Notes: generated by a model from the letters alone, not told the origin. A DNA stretch of 64,000 bases from Desulfatiglandales bacterium (GCA_963662465.1 OY759599.1:1664001-1728000); one strand, 5' to 3'; shown: positions 27,265 through 37,611, counted from the first letter of the stretch. Program-made: numbers and translations.

Positions 27265-30200
27265 TCACCTGGCGCGAATCGTCCCGGACTGAATCACGGT
27301 CCGGTCCTTCGCCGTAAACGCTCCCTCAATCTCCGTAACCCCGCCCGTATTGCTGGTGAATTCGGCATCATAGCCAAACTCGATAGACAGGGTCCCGGCA
27401 GGGTCCACCACCGTATTTCCGGCTATATTGCCCGCCACCTTGATGAGGGCGTTGTCCTCTGCCTTGCTCACGGCCTCGCCGAGGGTGGCATAACAGGGGG
27501 CCTTTCCATTGCATGTGCCGTCCGCGCTCACATACACGATCTGCTGGTCCTTGTACGTGGCGGTGACCGTCACATTGGCCTCCGGCATGGTTACGGTGGT
27601 GCCGGCACTGTACACGTCCGCCACATGGGGCGTGTCTCCGGTCCATTGATCAAAGAAACGGCCAGCGGCAGGATCATCAGCGGCGATGTTCACGACCTCG
27701 CCCGCTTCATATGCCCCGCTGCCGGTACCGTTGTTTACGTTCAGGGTGTAATTCATGTCGATATTCGCCCGGCCCGGTGTGGGCTTTTCGGCGTCATATC
27801 CGCAGTTGGGATCCCAGTCAAAGGGGAGATCCATATCGAAGCTGTCCTTGTCCCGACCCAGGCTGTTACCCGGATCCGGTTTCGCAAGAGTCTCATCCGG
27901 GGTCCCAAACCGTACATCATCCCGCTGATTTCCCTCGGCATCCAGCAATGTCGCCGAAGCCCCGCTGCCTCCCAGCAAATTGGCGCCCTCGGGCCAGTCA
28001 ATATCCTTGCCGACCGTGTCCTGGTATCCTTGAAGGTGAATGACAAGAAAGCCCTTTGACTCAAGCACACCATCCCAGTCCGGGCCGCTCATGGGCAGCG
28101 TGAATGTCGATTCGCCATCGTTGAAGACGACTTGCCATCCCCCCAAAGATTGATCGAAGGCGCCCGGGTTTGCAATTTCCACCCATTCCCGGGGAACGGC
28201 GTCCTCCGTTGGTGGACAGATTTCGTTAAGCACGGGCCGGCGGTCGGGTTTTTCGGGAGATATGAACGAGTAAACAAGAGGGTACTGGTCGCCACCGGTG
28301 GTGATGTTGCCATTATCGGTATGGGGCGTCAGGGTGTCTCCCAGTCCATCACCGTTCGTATCCTCCCCGATATAGGAATTCCACTCGTTGCCGCCGATTT
28401 TCGGCCCGCCGATGATATTTGTTTCATCCACCGGCGGTTGGAGGTTCCACGTATTCAAGGCCGTGGCAATGGCATTTTTGTCATTTTGAAGGCTGTTGTC
28501 ATAGATGCGGTTGCCTGTTGACGACCCCAGGTCAAGCCCCGATTCTTCGTTCCGCATTATTTTGTTTTGGGTAATGGTCATGTTGGTGCAACCAGAGAGC
28601 CGCATGCCGTCAAGCCGGTTGTCAAGAAATGCATTTTTTTCAATCGTACCCGCGTCAAGAGCCTCGCAGACGAGGCCGCCGAGGAAATTGGAACGGAAGG
28701 TATTCCTTTCAATCGTGCCCGGCGCTGTCGCGCGCTCGCGGTAAAGGCCCATGCCGTCGTTATCCAGAAACGCGTTGTAGGTATAGCGGATATTTGAGGC
28801 GGATTGTTCTACGACGCCATGATTACCACCGTTGTCGAATTGGCTGTAGATAACGACATGGTCTGATCCCTTGTTGATCCGAAGGCCCGTTTCCCCGCTC
28901 TCCTGAAAACGGGTACGGTTCACCTCGACATTCTGAACATCATCCAGTAAAGCGCCCAGGGGGCATCGGATGATATAACATCTGTTCATGCGCCCGGACG
29001 CGACCTCTCCTCGAACCTGTACCCCGATCTCCCCTGCGTCTTCAAGACGAACATGTTCCAGCCCGAAGTTGTCAGTGCCCTGGTTGTCTATCAGGATGGG
29101 GGAATTGGTGTAAACGCCGCCCTCGATCACGTGGCCTTCTCCCTCCGGACGAAGAACGACACCGGCGGTTCCATTGCCGTCCGCGTTGCAGTTAACCAGA
29201 TCGCAATTCTGATGAACTTCATGCCAGTCTTCATAAGCAGAGCCTATATGGAAGCCGGCTTTCTGGTTGTTTGCGGCGTCACAGGTAATAAAACGTAAAT
29301 TGTCCGCCCCTCCACAATGATATCCGTAAATGTTTTCAGAAGATACGTTGCTTTCCAGGGCGATGTTGCTTGCCGACCAGGAGTATAGGCCGCTGCCGTC
29401 GCCGTCCACCGGTGCGGGTCCATCGCATTTCCGCATGGTATTGTTCTCAATTGTGGAATCGTTTACCCGGTCAAGACGGATACCGATGCGAGCCGTGTCG
29501 ATCGCGTTGTCGTCGATTTTCGCTCCGGTCAGACCAGCGCAATCGATAGCAACGCCGGTCAACCCATTAAATTGATTGTTAATGATTTGAGGATCGGCAC
29601 AGTTCCTGACCTGGAGGGCATTTTCACACTCGGAAAATTGATTGTTCCGGATATCTATCTGGCCCGATTTTCCAGCGACGACCACGATATTCCCTTCCCC
29701 CGTGATGCGCTCGAAAATATTGCCTTCGATTTTCAACGGACTCGTGGTGCTCAACTGATTAAAAACGCCCATGCTGCTCCAGTCGTGGACATGATTGTTC
29801 AGCAGATGGACGTGGCGCAGACGGTTGGAACTGCCCAGAACATAGCCCTCTCCATTGCGAAACTCGCACTCCTTTATCTCAAGAAGCGGTGTTTCCGTGG
29901 CGTCTTCATATTCGGTGGTCTTTATATGAAGCTGCGAGGTGCCTTCGAAAACGCAATTGTCAAAGGTCGCCGGGCGGTTGAAGGAATCCAGCCAGGTGCT
30001 GTATTCCCCGCAGTTCTTGAACCGGCTGTTGGTGATTTGAACTGCCTCAATAGAGCTGTCTTCGGTGGGGTCTCCAATACGCAAGCCCGCTTCACAGTCT
30101 TCAAGAACCAGCATGTTAATCTCAAAAAAAGACGAACAGGCATTTATGCTGACGGCGGCCCTACCAATGGCATTTCGAATGGTATTGTTATAAAAGTTAA

Positions 30201-31920
30201 GATTCGGAACGGTGGTGGTGTATATTCCGCTCCCCTCATCCGCCTTCGTCGTGCCGTCAATAGTGTTGTTCGTTATCGTGGCGATGTTGCCGTGCATGAC
30301 CATAAGAGCGCGGCCGTTGTTGGTTAGCGTGTTGTTATTCAGAACGACTTCTTCGGAAGAGACCTTAGCGCCAATCCCCGTGCCCCGGTCGATACTGCAC
30401 CCTTCCAGAGTTGTCCGGCCCTTGGCAACCTCTTCATAGCCCTCTTGCTTCCAATGCCATAACCCGCCATTTCCCCCGATGAATTGACAGTCCCTGACGG
30501 TAACGTCGCCGTCGGCCCAGCTCGTGATAAAGTTTTCCGCGAGAGGGTCGGCTTCCAGTTCCGGGGGAACGGTTTGATCTATAAGAAATTGCTCCGGATC
30601 CGTGCTGTTGATAAACGTGCAGTTCTCAAAATTCAATTCCACATCTCCCGTATCCGTGTACCAGGTATGCAGATACATTCGGTTGAAGTTTGTGTCCTCA
30701 AAGGAATGCGCAGATCCCTTCAGTATGGTCTTGGGATCGCGGCCCCCCGCGTCAAAGCGGCAGTTCAATACAGACGAGAAACTGTCACCGAATTGGTCAA
30801 CAACCCCCTCGATTGTGAGGGAAGAATCGTCTACGATACAGTTCTCAAGATAGATAAGCGTGCCCTGGAAAACAGTGACGCCTCCGGAAAGTGTAAGATG
30901 CGTCGCGCTGAAATTCCCCTCGGCCCGGCTGATAAACCGCATGTCTTTATCGCCGTCGCCACGAAACTCACAGTCCTGAACATCAACAGTACTCCGCACA
31001 GTGTCGCCCAGGGGGGTACGCAGGGTTATTTGGGGGGAATATCCTTCGTCGCTTTCACACTGCTTCATCAGTATGGACGTTTCGGCTTTTGCATCGAAAG
31101 ACTGATTAATGTGAGTTTCAGTTATGGTGATACGTTTCGCGTCCTGGATCTTGGATTCCGAATCGTTGAGGATGCTCTGATTCAATATTACCTGATCGGC
31201 ATTGACGATCTCCAGCGGACAACCTGAGAAAGTCACCTTTTGGGCCTCGAAGTTGTCCCCTGTCCCATCCCATTTTAACGTGAACTCGCCCCCGGTGAAC
31301 GTACAATTACTGACCGTGATAGCTTCTCCATTGGAAAGCAGGGGTGAAGCGGATTCGCTACGGATCATCGTCCCCGTGAACTCCGACAAGGTTCCCATGG
31401 AGAGTTTTGCGCCTCCGGAAAGGTATAGCAGCAGATTATTGACCTTGCATCCCTGGATATCCAGAGCTCCCTCATCATCGATCACCAGACTGCCGCCGTT
31501 GATTTCCGCTCCGTACCAATTGTCACCTCCATTCAGTATTCCTTTGGGTACGCCGGCGGTGAAAGGATCCGTTGCATGCTCAAATATCTCATTTCCGGAT
31601 TCGGTAACAGCATACATCTGAAAAGTATAATCCACCCCGGCTTCAAGATAAGTGAATTCTTCACGGGTTTGACCGTCCGCTTTAAAGGTTTCAATAAGTA
31701 CGTTTCCATGTTCCACGCTGTCCGTGTAAATATTATAATGGGTTATACCCGACTGAACGGAACAGGAAACGGTGAAAATAGCTTTCGATGGGCTTACATA
31801 TGTAACTCCGATGTGTTGCGCAACAGCCGGGGTGGGCATTCCAGCCAGATAAACCAGACTCAAAATGAACACCATTATGAAAACGCGACTTGCCTTCACT
31901 GAGCCGGAAAAATAATTCAT
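27265..31920 (-). CDS. Large secreted right-handed beta-helix (NosD/CASH-like) protein with an Fn3-like N-terminus, a lamin-tail-like domain, an InlB-B-like repeat and the shared C-terminal domain
   Basis: Signal peptide ending PAVA; PbH1-like repeats; GGNEW..Y.G.D.NGDGLGD; LNEI...EWVEIAN...LGGW; CTD ending QSGTIRAR. Confidence 0.85.
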   Translation of the reverse strand: MNYFSGSVKASRVFIMVFILSLVYLAGMPTPAVAQHIGVTYVSPSKAIFTVSCSVQSGITHYNIYTDSVEHGNVLIETFKADGQTREEFTYLEAGVDYTFQMYAVTESGNEIFEHATDPFTAGVPKGILNGGDNWYGAEINGGSLVIDDEGALDIQGCKVNNLLLYLSGGAKLSMGTLSEFTGTMIRSESASPLLSNGEAITVSNCTFTGGEFTLKWDGTGDNFEAQKVTFSGCPLEIVNADQVILNQSILNDSESKIQDAKRITITETHINQSFDAKAETSILMKQCESDEGYSPQITLRTPLGDTVRSTVDVQDCEFRGDGDKDMRFISRAEGNFSATHLTLSGGVTVFQGTLIYLENCIVDDSSLTIEGVVDQFGDSFSSVLNCRFDAGGRDPKTILKGSAHSFEDTNFNRMYLHTWYTDTGDVELNFENCTFINSTDPEQFLIDQTVPPELEADPLAENFITSWADGDVTVRDCQFIGGNGGLWHWKQEGYEEVAKGRTTLEGCSIDRGTGIGAKVSSEEVVLNNNTLTNNGRALMVMHGNIATITNNTIDGTTKADEGSGIYTTTVPNLNFYNNTIRNAIGRAAVSINACSSFFEINMLVLEDCEAGLRIGDPTEDSSIEAVQITNSRFKNCGEYSTWLDSFNRPATFDNCVFEGTSQLHIKTTEYEDATETPLLEIKECEFRNGEGYVLGSSNRLRHVHLLNNHVHDWSSMGVFNQLSTTSPLKIEGNIFERITGEGNIVVVAGKSGQIDIRNNQFSECENALQVRNCADPQIINNQFNGLTGVAIDCAGLTGAKIDDNAIDTARIGIRLDRVNDSTIENNTMRKCDGPAPVDGDGSGLYSWSASNIALESNVSSENIYGYHCGGADNLRFITCDAANNQKAGFHIGSAYEDWHEVHQNCDLVNCNADGNGTAGVVLRPEGEGHVIEGGVYTNSPILIDNQGTDNFGLEHVRLEDAGEIGVQVRGEVASGRMNRCYIIRCPLGALLDDVQNVEVNRTRFQESGETGLRINKGSDHVVIYSQFDNGGNHGVVEQSASNIRYTYNAFLDNDGMGLYRERATAPGTIERNTFRSNFLGGLVCEALDAGTIEKNAFLDNRLDGMRLSGCTNMTITQNKIMRNEESGLDLGSSTGNRIYDNSLQNDKNAIATALNTWNLQPPVDETNIIGGPKIGGNEWNSYIGEDTNGDGLGDTLTPHTDNGNITTGGDQYPLVYSFISPEKPDRRPVLNEICPPTEDAVPREWVEIANPGAFDQSLGGWQVVFNDGESTFTLPMSGPDWDGVLESKGFLVIHLQGYQDTVGKDIDWPEGANLLGGSGASATLLDAEGNQRDDVRFGTPDETLAKPDPGNSLGRDKDSFDMDLPFDWDPNCGYDAEKPTPGRANIDMNYTLNVNNGTGSGAYEAGEVVNIAADDPAAGRFFDQWTGDTPHVADVYSAGTTVTMPEANVTVTATYKDQQIVYVSADGTCNGKAPCYATLGEAVSKAEDNALIKVAGNIAGNTVVDPAGTLSIEFGYDAEFTSNTGGVTEIEGAFTAKDRTVIQSGTIRAR

Positions 31921-32158
31921 GCTAAAAACCTCCTTATGAAAGATATCGATTCATCGGCGATGAGGGTGCGGATACGGTGCATGTTGGATAAGGCCTTCCA
32001 AATTCAAGTTGATGCGTCAGAACTCAAATGCCGGGTTGGATCATTTCAATCCCGGGCAGGAATGTCAATCGGGTGAATCCTGTATTTTTGAAAAAAAATG
32101 GGCTTGAAACAACGAATCGCCCGAATAAAACGAATCGGTCGCGGCATGGTGGAAGGGT

Positions 32159-32782
32159 TTATATCAGGCCATGGGCCGCGGCATAGCGCACCAGATCGGC
32201 GGTGGTGTGGATGTTGAGCTTTTGCATGATATGGGTGCGGTGAGTGTCTACGGTCTTGATGCTGATGTGAAGGATTTTGGCAATTTTCTTGTTACTGAGG
32301 CCCAATGAAATACTTTTCAGAATTTCCAGTTCCCGCGGCGTCAATCGGGATTTGTTTGCGTTGCCTGTTACGCCACCCGCGGACAACCGGGATGCAACCG
32401 CCGGGCTCACATAGGTTTCCCCTTTTCCCACGGTCTTCAGGGCTGTCATCAATTCGTCAAAGGTGTTTTCCTTGAGGAGAAAACCGTTCGCCCCCGCTTC
32501 CATGGCCTGTTGCAACAGGTCCGGGCCCGTGAGCATGGTCAACAGAAGAACCTTGACGGGCAGACGCTGTTCTTGAAGGACTTGCGCGATCTCCAGACCG
32601 CCGGGGCCCGGCATGGAGATGTCGAGAATGGCCACGTCCGGCCGAATCGACTCGATGAGGCGCAGGGCCTCATGGCCGTCGCCCGCTTCCCCCGCCACCT
32701 CGATCCCTTCCTGGGAATGAAGAAGGGCCGACAGGCTTTGCCGGAAAAGAGCATGATCGTCGGCAAGAACAATACGCATCAT
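32159..32782 (-). CDS. NarL/FixJ-family response regulator (REC + LuxR HTH)
   Basis: LADDH, AILDISMP, LTPRELEIL...ISIKTVDTHR. Confidence 0.93.
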   Translation of the reverse strand: MMRIVLADDHALFRQSLSALLHSQEGIEVAGEAGDGHEALRLIESIRPDVAILDISMPGPGGLEIAQVLQEQRLPVKVLLLTMLTGPDLLQQAMEAGANGFLLKENTFDELMTALKTVGKGETYVSPAVASRLSAGGVTGNANKSRLTPRELEILKSISLGLSNKKIAKILHISIKTVDTHRTHIMQKLNIHTTADLVRYAAAHGLI

Positions 32783-34686
32783 GGCATGGGGACCTCCACC
32801 TCGATGGCACAGCCCTTTCCCTGGCCGCCCTGGATACGAAACCTCCCGCCCATCAGCTCGGCCCGCTCTTTCATGGAAAGAAGACCAATGCCCCTGGTTT
32901 CGGAAGCCGGGTTGGCAGCGAATCCGATTCCGTCATCCTGAATGTTGAGGATCACGTGCTTTCCCTTCAGTTTCATATCAATTTCAACCCGCCGGGCTTC
33001 CGCATGCTTTTCCACATTGTGAAGGGCCTCCTGAACGATCCGGTATAAGTTTTCCCGAACCCGGGGGGTCATGATCGGTTCCCGGGGAACCGCCACGCTG
33101 ACCTCAATGCCGGTGCGCTCGGTAAACTGCGATGCATGCCATTTCAGGATGTCCGCCAGGAGGCTCCGCTCAAAGAATTCCGGCCGGATATCCGACACCA
33201 TGTGGCGAAGGTCCACAATGGCCCGGGATATCTCAGAGACGAGCCCTGCAAGAAGGGAAGGATCTGTCTTATCCCCCCTCCTGACCCTGGCCTCCAGCAT
33301 CTGGAGTTGCAGCTTGAGCATGGGAAGGAACTGACCCAGGCCGTCATGGATGCTCCGCGAAAGCCGTTTTCGTTCTTCCTCATGGGCTTCCAGAATACGT
33401 CCGGACAGGGATCTCACCGCCTGTACGTTGTGGGCATAGCGGGCCATGAGGGCATAGCTCATGGCCACCATCAGAAAGGCCATGCCCAGATCGCCGGGGG
33501 AAACGGGCCAGCTATGCCAGTGACCCCCGACAGGAGTCCATTCGACCATCATGCCCGCCACAAGTCCGAGTATTCCCACGAGCACGGGTCCGGACCCCTG
33601 CCTGTGACGAAGGAAGGCACGCACGGTCAGAAACAAGGCTGTTCCGCCTGTACAGGCAGCCACCACAAAAAAGACCGTCAGCAGACAGGCGTAGGTCTTC
33701 AGCCCCGGAAGCAAAAAAAATGCAATGCTCAGTATGACTGAAGCGGCCATCAGCATGGTGATCCACAGCCCCCGGGAATGCGGATAAAGGTTGACGACAA
33801 ATAACAGCCCGGCAGCGGGCAGAAGACAGGTCATGACGAAGATCGCGCGCTGCACCGGGGGCGATTTGAGTCCCGCGTTATACAGATACAGACTTTCCAG
33901 AACAAAAAGGGCCATATAGAGCCCCAGGAAAAGGGTAAAGGAGAGATAGTCCGGACTTCTGACCTTCTGAACCATGAGAAAAACGCAAACCAGCAAAAAA
34001 AAGAAAAAAGGGGTGAAAAGGGCGATTTCGCAGCCTTGGCGAATAAACTCCCGTTCCCGGCTTGAGAGGATCATGTCCTGGTAATTGCCCAGGTATACCG
34101 GCCCCTCGAAGATCCCGGCCATGCGGTAGGTATCCAGGATACGCACGGCCAGCAGATTGTCTTTTCCAAACCGCAAAAGCCCCGCTGGAACGGGATAAAC
34201 CCTTTCTTTCCATGGGGCCTCGACAAAATCCTCGCCAATGATGCCTTCGCCCCCGATTCGGACGCTGTTGAGATAAACCTCGTCCGCATTGCCGATATTG
34301 CCCAGGGCCAGCCCGACCGCCGCCTTTCGAAGGCGATCCTCCGGCCTGAAATGAATCCGATACCAGCCTATCCCTGGTTTTTGCTTGATTCCCTGTGCCT
34401 TGAGGTCTCCGGGGACCCGGACCTTTTTCCATGGGCTGTCGTCAAAGGATGGGGAGGCCCAGGCCGGATTATCGTCCGGAGAAAAGGCGTGGAGTCCTGA
34501 CAGCGTAAGGGATTCCAAGCCATGGGCAGGGAATGCGAGAAACAGGAGATACCAAAGGAGAGCGACAAGAGGATAAAGGGTATTTTTTAGCCCAGGGCCC
34601 TTGCATTGTTGACGGGCGGGTCCTGAACAAATAAATTGAGCACATTCTTTTGCGATTGAGGCTATGTGATGTGGAAAGAGGTTCAA
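32779..34686 (-). CDS. Membrane sensor histidine kinase (galactose-binding-like extracellular domain, multi-TM, HisKA_3, HATPase)
   Basis: FDDSPWKKVRVPG...GWYR...DEVYLN; several TM helices; EERKRLSRSIHDGLGQ; QEALHNVEKHA; DDGIGF. Confidence 0.9.
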   Translation of the reverse strand: MNLFPHHIASIAKECAQFICSGPARQQCKGPGLKNTLYPLVALLWYLLFLAFPAHGLESLTLSGLHAFSPDDNPAWASPSFDDSPWKKVRVPGDLKAQGIKQKPGIGWYRIHFRPEDRLRKAAVGLALGNIGNADEVYLNSVRIGGEGIIGEDFVEAPWKERVYPVPAGLLRFGKDNLLAVRILDTYRMAGIFEGPVYLGNYQDMILSSREREFIRQGCEIALFTPFFFFLLVCVFLMVQKVRSPDYLSFTLFLGLYMALFVLESLYLYNAGLKSPPVQRAIFVMTCLLPAAGLLFVVNLYPHSRGLWITMLMAASVILSIAFFLLPGLKTYACLLTVFFVVAACTGGTALFLTVRAFLRHRQGSGPVLVGILGLVAGMMVEWTPVGGHWHSWPVSPGDLGMAFLMVAMSYALMARYAHNVQAVRSLSGRILEAHEEERKRLSRSIHDGLGQFLPMLKLQLQMLEARVRRGDKTDPSLLAGLVSEISRAIVDLRHMVSDIRPEFFERSLLADILKWHASQFTERTGIEVSVAVPREPIMTPRVRENLYRIVQEALHNVEKHAEARRVEIDMKLKGKHVILNIQDDGIGFAANPASETRGIGLLSMKERAELMGGRFRIQGGQGKGCAIEVEVPMP

Positions 34687-34941
34687 TGTTCAATATAATG
34701 CGGAGCGGTTGCATTCTCCTGCGTTCTAAAAACAGTCTGCTGAATCCCGGTTGTGCAGGAAAACGCAACGCTATTTTTTTCCCACTCAAACCGCACGATG
34801 TAGCGCTCTTTCCGGCCACGGCCATCGAAAAATGTCGCAGTTGGCTTCAAAGGCCTTCTTGGTAAACACCATGTTATCCAAGGCCGGCTTCCAAGTCAAT
34901 GCACAACTATTGCGATTCCGGCAATTGCAATATTGAGCTGA

Positions 34942-35100
34942 TGGATAATCCGAAACATGTCCCTGACCTCGTCAAGGAGATTTTGTCCGTATGTCTTTAT
35001 TTCAGCATCCGGAAGACCTACCAGAAATTTGATGTTTCGTATCAGGTGGGCAATGCAAAACTGGATCGAAACATTGAAGTCCTTCATAATGATATGAAAG
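34942..35100 (-). pseudogene. IS66-family transposase fragment
   Basis: MKDFNVSIQFCIAHLIRNIKFL. Confidence 0.6.
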
Positions 35101-35397
35101 GGGGGATATATTAATGGAAAAGTCATCAGAGCAGGCTTGGCGACGATCTCGATTCCTTTGTGAAGAACATCATCGGATAGCATCACTATCGTATGTGAAC
35201 GCATTTCTGATAGAAAGAAGCCGGATTGCGATCCGACGCGTCCCAAAGTTTCCCCTCGATTTTAGTTGCTCCTGGACAGAGCGTATGAATTCGGCTGATA
35301 GTCTTGACCATCTCCCCCAAATATGGCATTCTGACGCAACTCAGGAAAACATAACCCTCATTTAAAATTCATTCGGTGCTTATCGAAATTTAGGCTG

Positions 35398-35667
35398 ATT
35401 TAAATTCAATACCCGTGAATGAATTTGATTCATGCATTGTTTGGTTTACCATGAAGAACATGAAGGGCATGAAGAGGCTGGGTGAAAAAGTGAACCGGAT
35501 TTTCAAAACTCATAAAGATATTGAAATTAATATCATTTAATCCGATTTTATCTTTCCCTTATTAAGTTCTCAAAGTGAACTTCTTCATGGTCTTCATGCC
35601 CTTCATGGTGAAATACAGATCGGCCAAAAGGATGAACGTCATTCATTCACGGGTATTGGATTTAAAT
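35398..35667. repeat. MITE-like element with nested inverted repeats
   Basis: 27-bp outer IR ATTTAAATTCAATACCCGTGAATGAAT (1 mismatch); inner arrays of CATGAAG x3 and CTTCATG x3. Confidence 0.75.
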
Positions 35668-35721
35668 TCCAATCACGGAATGAGATTTTGCGTGGTGGGG
35701 TGGTACGCATTGGGGATTGGG

Positions 35722-37464
35722 ATGGATGAGAAGGAATTAAGGGTGAAGAAAAACCAGAGAGAGTCCGAACTCAGGCGGAGCGCTGAAAAAAGGCTGAAAG
35801 AAGCGATCCGCGACAGCGGAGATCTCTCCGAAGTCCCGCCCGAAAGGATGACGAGCTTCATACACGAGCTTCGGGTTCATCAGATTGAGTTGAAAATGCA
35901 AAACGATGAGCTCCGCCACATTCAAGGGGAATTAGAAAAGGCGCGGGATCAATATTCTCATTTGTATGATTTCTCGCCGGTCGGCTATGTTACGTTGACG
36001 GAAAAGGGAATCATCCATGAGGCCAATCTCACCCTTGCTTCCATGTTTGGTGTAGAGCGGAGCGTCTTGGTTGGAAAGCCGTTCGCCCTTTTCGTTTTTA
36101 GAGACGACCAGGATGCTTTCTATAAATTTCGGCATCGCCTTCTGGAAACGGAGAAATCCCAGTCCTGCAAACTGCGCCTTTTGAAAAAGGACGAACATGT
36201 GTTTTTTGCCGGTTTAGACTGTATGGTTGTAAAAAACACGGACGACGATTTCAGGTTTATCAGAGGGGCAGTGAGCGATATCACCGAACGGCACCTTATC
36301 GCCGAGGCTTTGCGGGAAGTCCACAACGGGCTGGAACAGCGAGTGGAAGAACGGACAGCCGAACTCCGGACGGCGAATGCGGAACTGGCGCGGGAAGTCG
36401 AAGAACATCGAGGGTCAGCGGAATCCCTCCGCAAAGCCCTTTCTGAAATCAAGAAAATGAAAGACCACCTTGAAGCCGAAAATATTTACTTTCGACGAGA
36501 AATGAAAATAAAGCATCAATTCAATGAGATTCTCGGACAAAGCGATAGTCTCAGGCATGTTCTTTTTCGGGTGGAGCAGGTTGCTCCTCAGAACACGATA
36601 GTCCTTATCCTCGGCGAGACCGGTACGGGAAAGGAGTTGATCGCCGCCGCCATCCACAACATGAGTCCACGTAAGGATCGGGCGCTAATCACGGTCAACT
36701 GTGCCGCCCTGCCGGCCAATTTAATAGAAAGCGAATTGTTCGGCCGGGAGAAGGGGGCCTTTACCGGGGCCGATACCCGGCAGATAGGCCGGTTCGAGGT
36801 TGCCCAGGAATCCACCCTTTGCCTGGACGAGATCGGAGAAATGCCGCTGGAATTGCAGGCCAAGCTGCTTCGGGTGATCCAGCACAACGAGTTTGAGCGC
36901 CTGGGTTCCTCCCGTACCATCAAAGTCGATGTGAGGGTCATCGCAACAACCAATCGAAATCTTGAGGAAGAGATTCAAAAGGGCCGATTCCGGCAGGACC
37001 TTTACTATCGGCTCAATGTTTTCCCTATCACGGTACCGCCATTGCGGCAGCGGAAAGAAGACATCCCTTTGTTGGTCCATGCCTTCATAGAGCGCTATGC
37101 CAGAAAAATGGGGAAAAAGATCACATCGATCCGGAAGGGAATAATGAAGACTCTGCAGGATTACCCTTGGCCCGGGAACATCCGGGAGCTGGAAAGTATC
37201 ATTGAACGGGCAGTGATCTTGAGCCCCGGGCCGGTCTTGCACCTGGCGGATAAACTGGCGATTTCATCACCTCCCCTGTCATGAGACATGAGAACCCTGG
37301 AAGAGACGGAGCGAAACCAAATTCTCAACACCCTCCTGGAAACCCGGTGGCGCATCGAGGGAAAAAGCGGAGCCGCGGAGGTCCTGGGGCTCCACCCGAG
37401 TACCTTGAGAGCAAGGATGCATAAGCTTGGGATACTCCGGCCGGGGACCAAGGTGTCGGATTAA
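35722..37464 (+). pseudogene. PAS + sigma54 activator split by an in-frame TGA (37282-37284) just before the Fis HTH
   Basis: GAFTGA AAA domain; after the TGA the same frame continues DMRTLEETERNQI...AAEVLGLHPSTLRARMHKLG to TAA at 37464. Confidence 0.85.
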
Positions 37465-37489
37465 ACGGCCCCGCTATCTTCAAAAACTC

Positions 37490-37611
37490 CCTCAGCATGT
37501 TGAGGTTCCACTAAATATTGAGGGCTAACCCGCCATTTCAACCTTCTCTACGCTTCTCTCTTATTCCTCTAATCCGCTGTTATTACAGACATATTAGACA
37601 TTCCTGAGCTT
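37490..37611 (+). promoter_or_regulatory. Paired UAS boxes; the downstream sigma54 promoter is missing
   Basis: CCTCAGCATGTTGAGG-TT-CCACTAAATATTGAGG; homology to the 18833-18901 copy stops about 10 bp before the -24 site. Confidence 0.6.

Noticed and set aside
35448..35611. CRISPR array suggested by CATGAAG repeats
   Set aside because: Units are 9 bp with no spacers and occur as inverted arrays; no cas genes.
37282..37284. Selenocysteine codon in the sigma54 activator
   Set aside because: It lies in a Ser-rich linker, is one base from TCA, and has no evident SECIS or Cys-type context.
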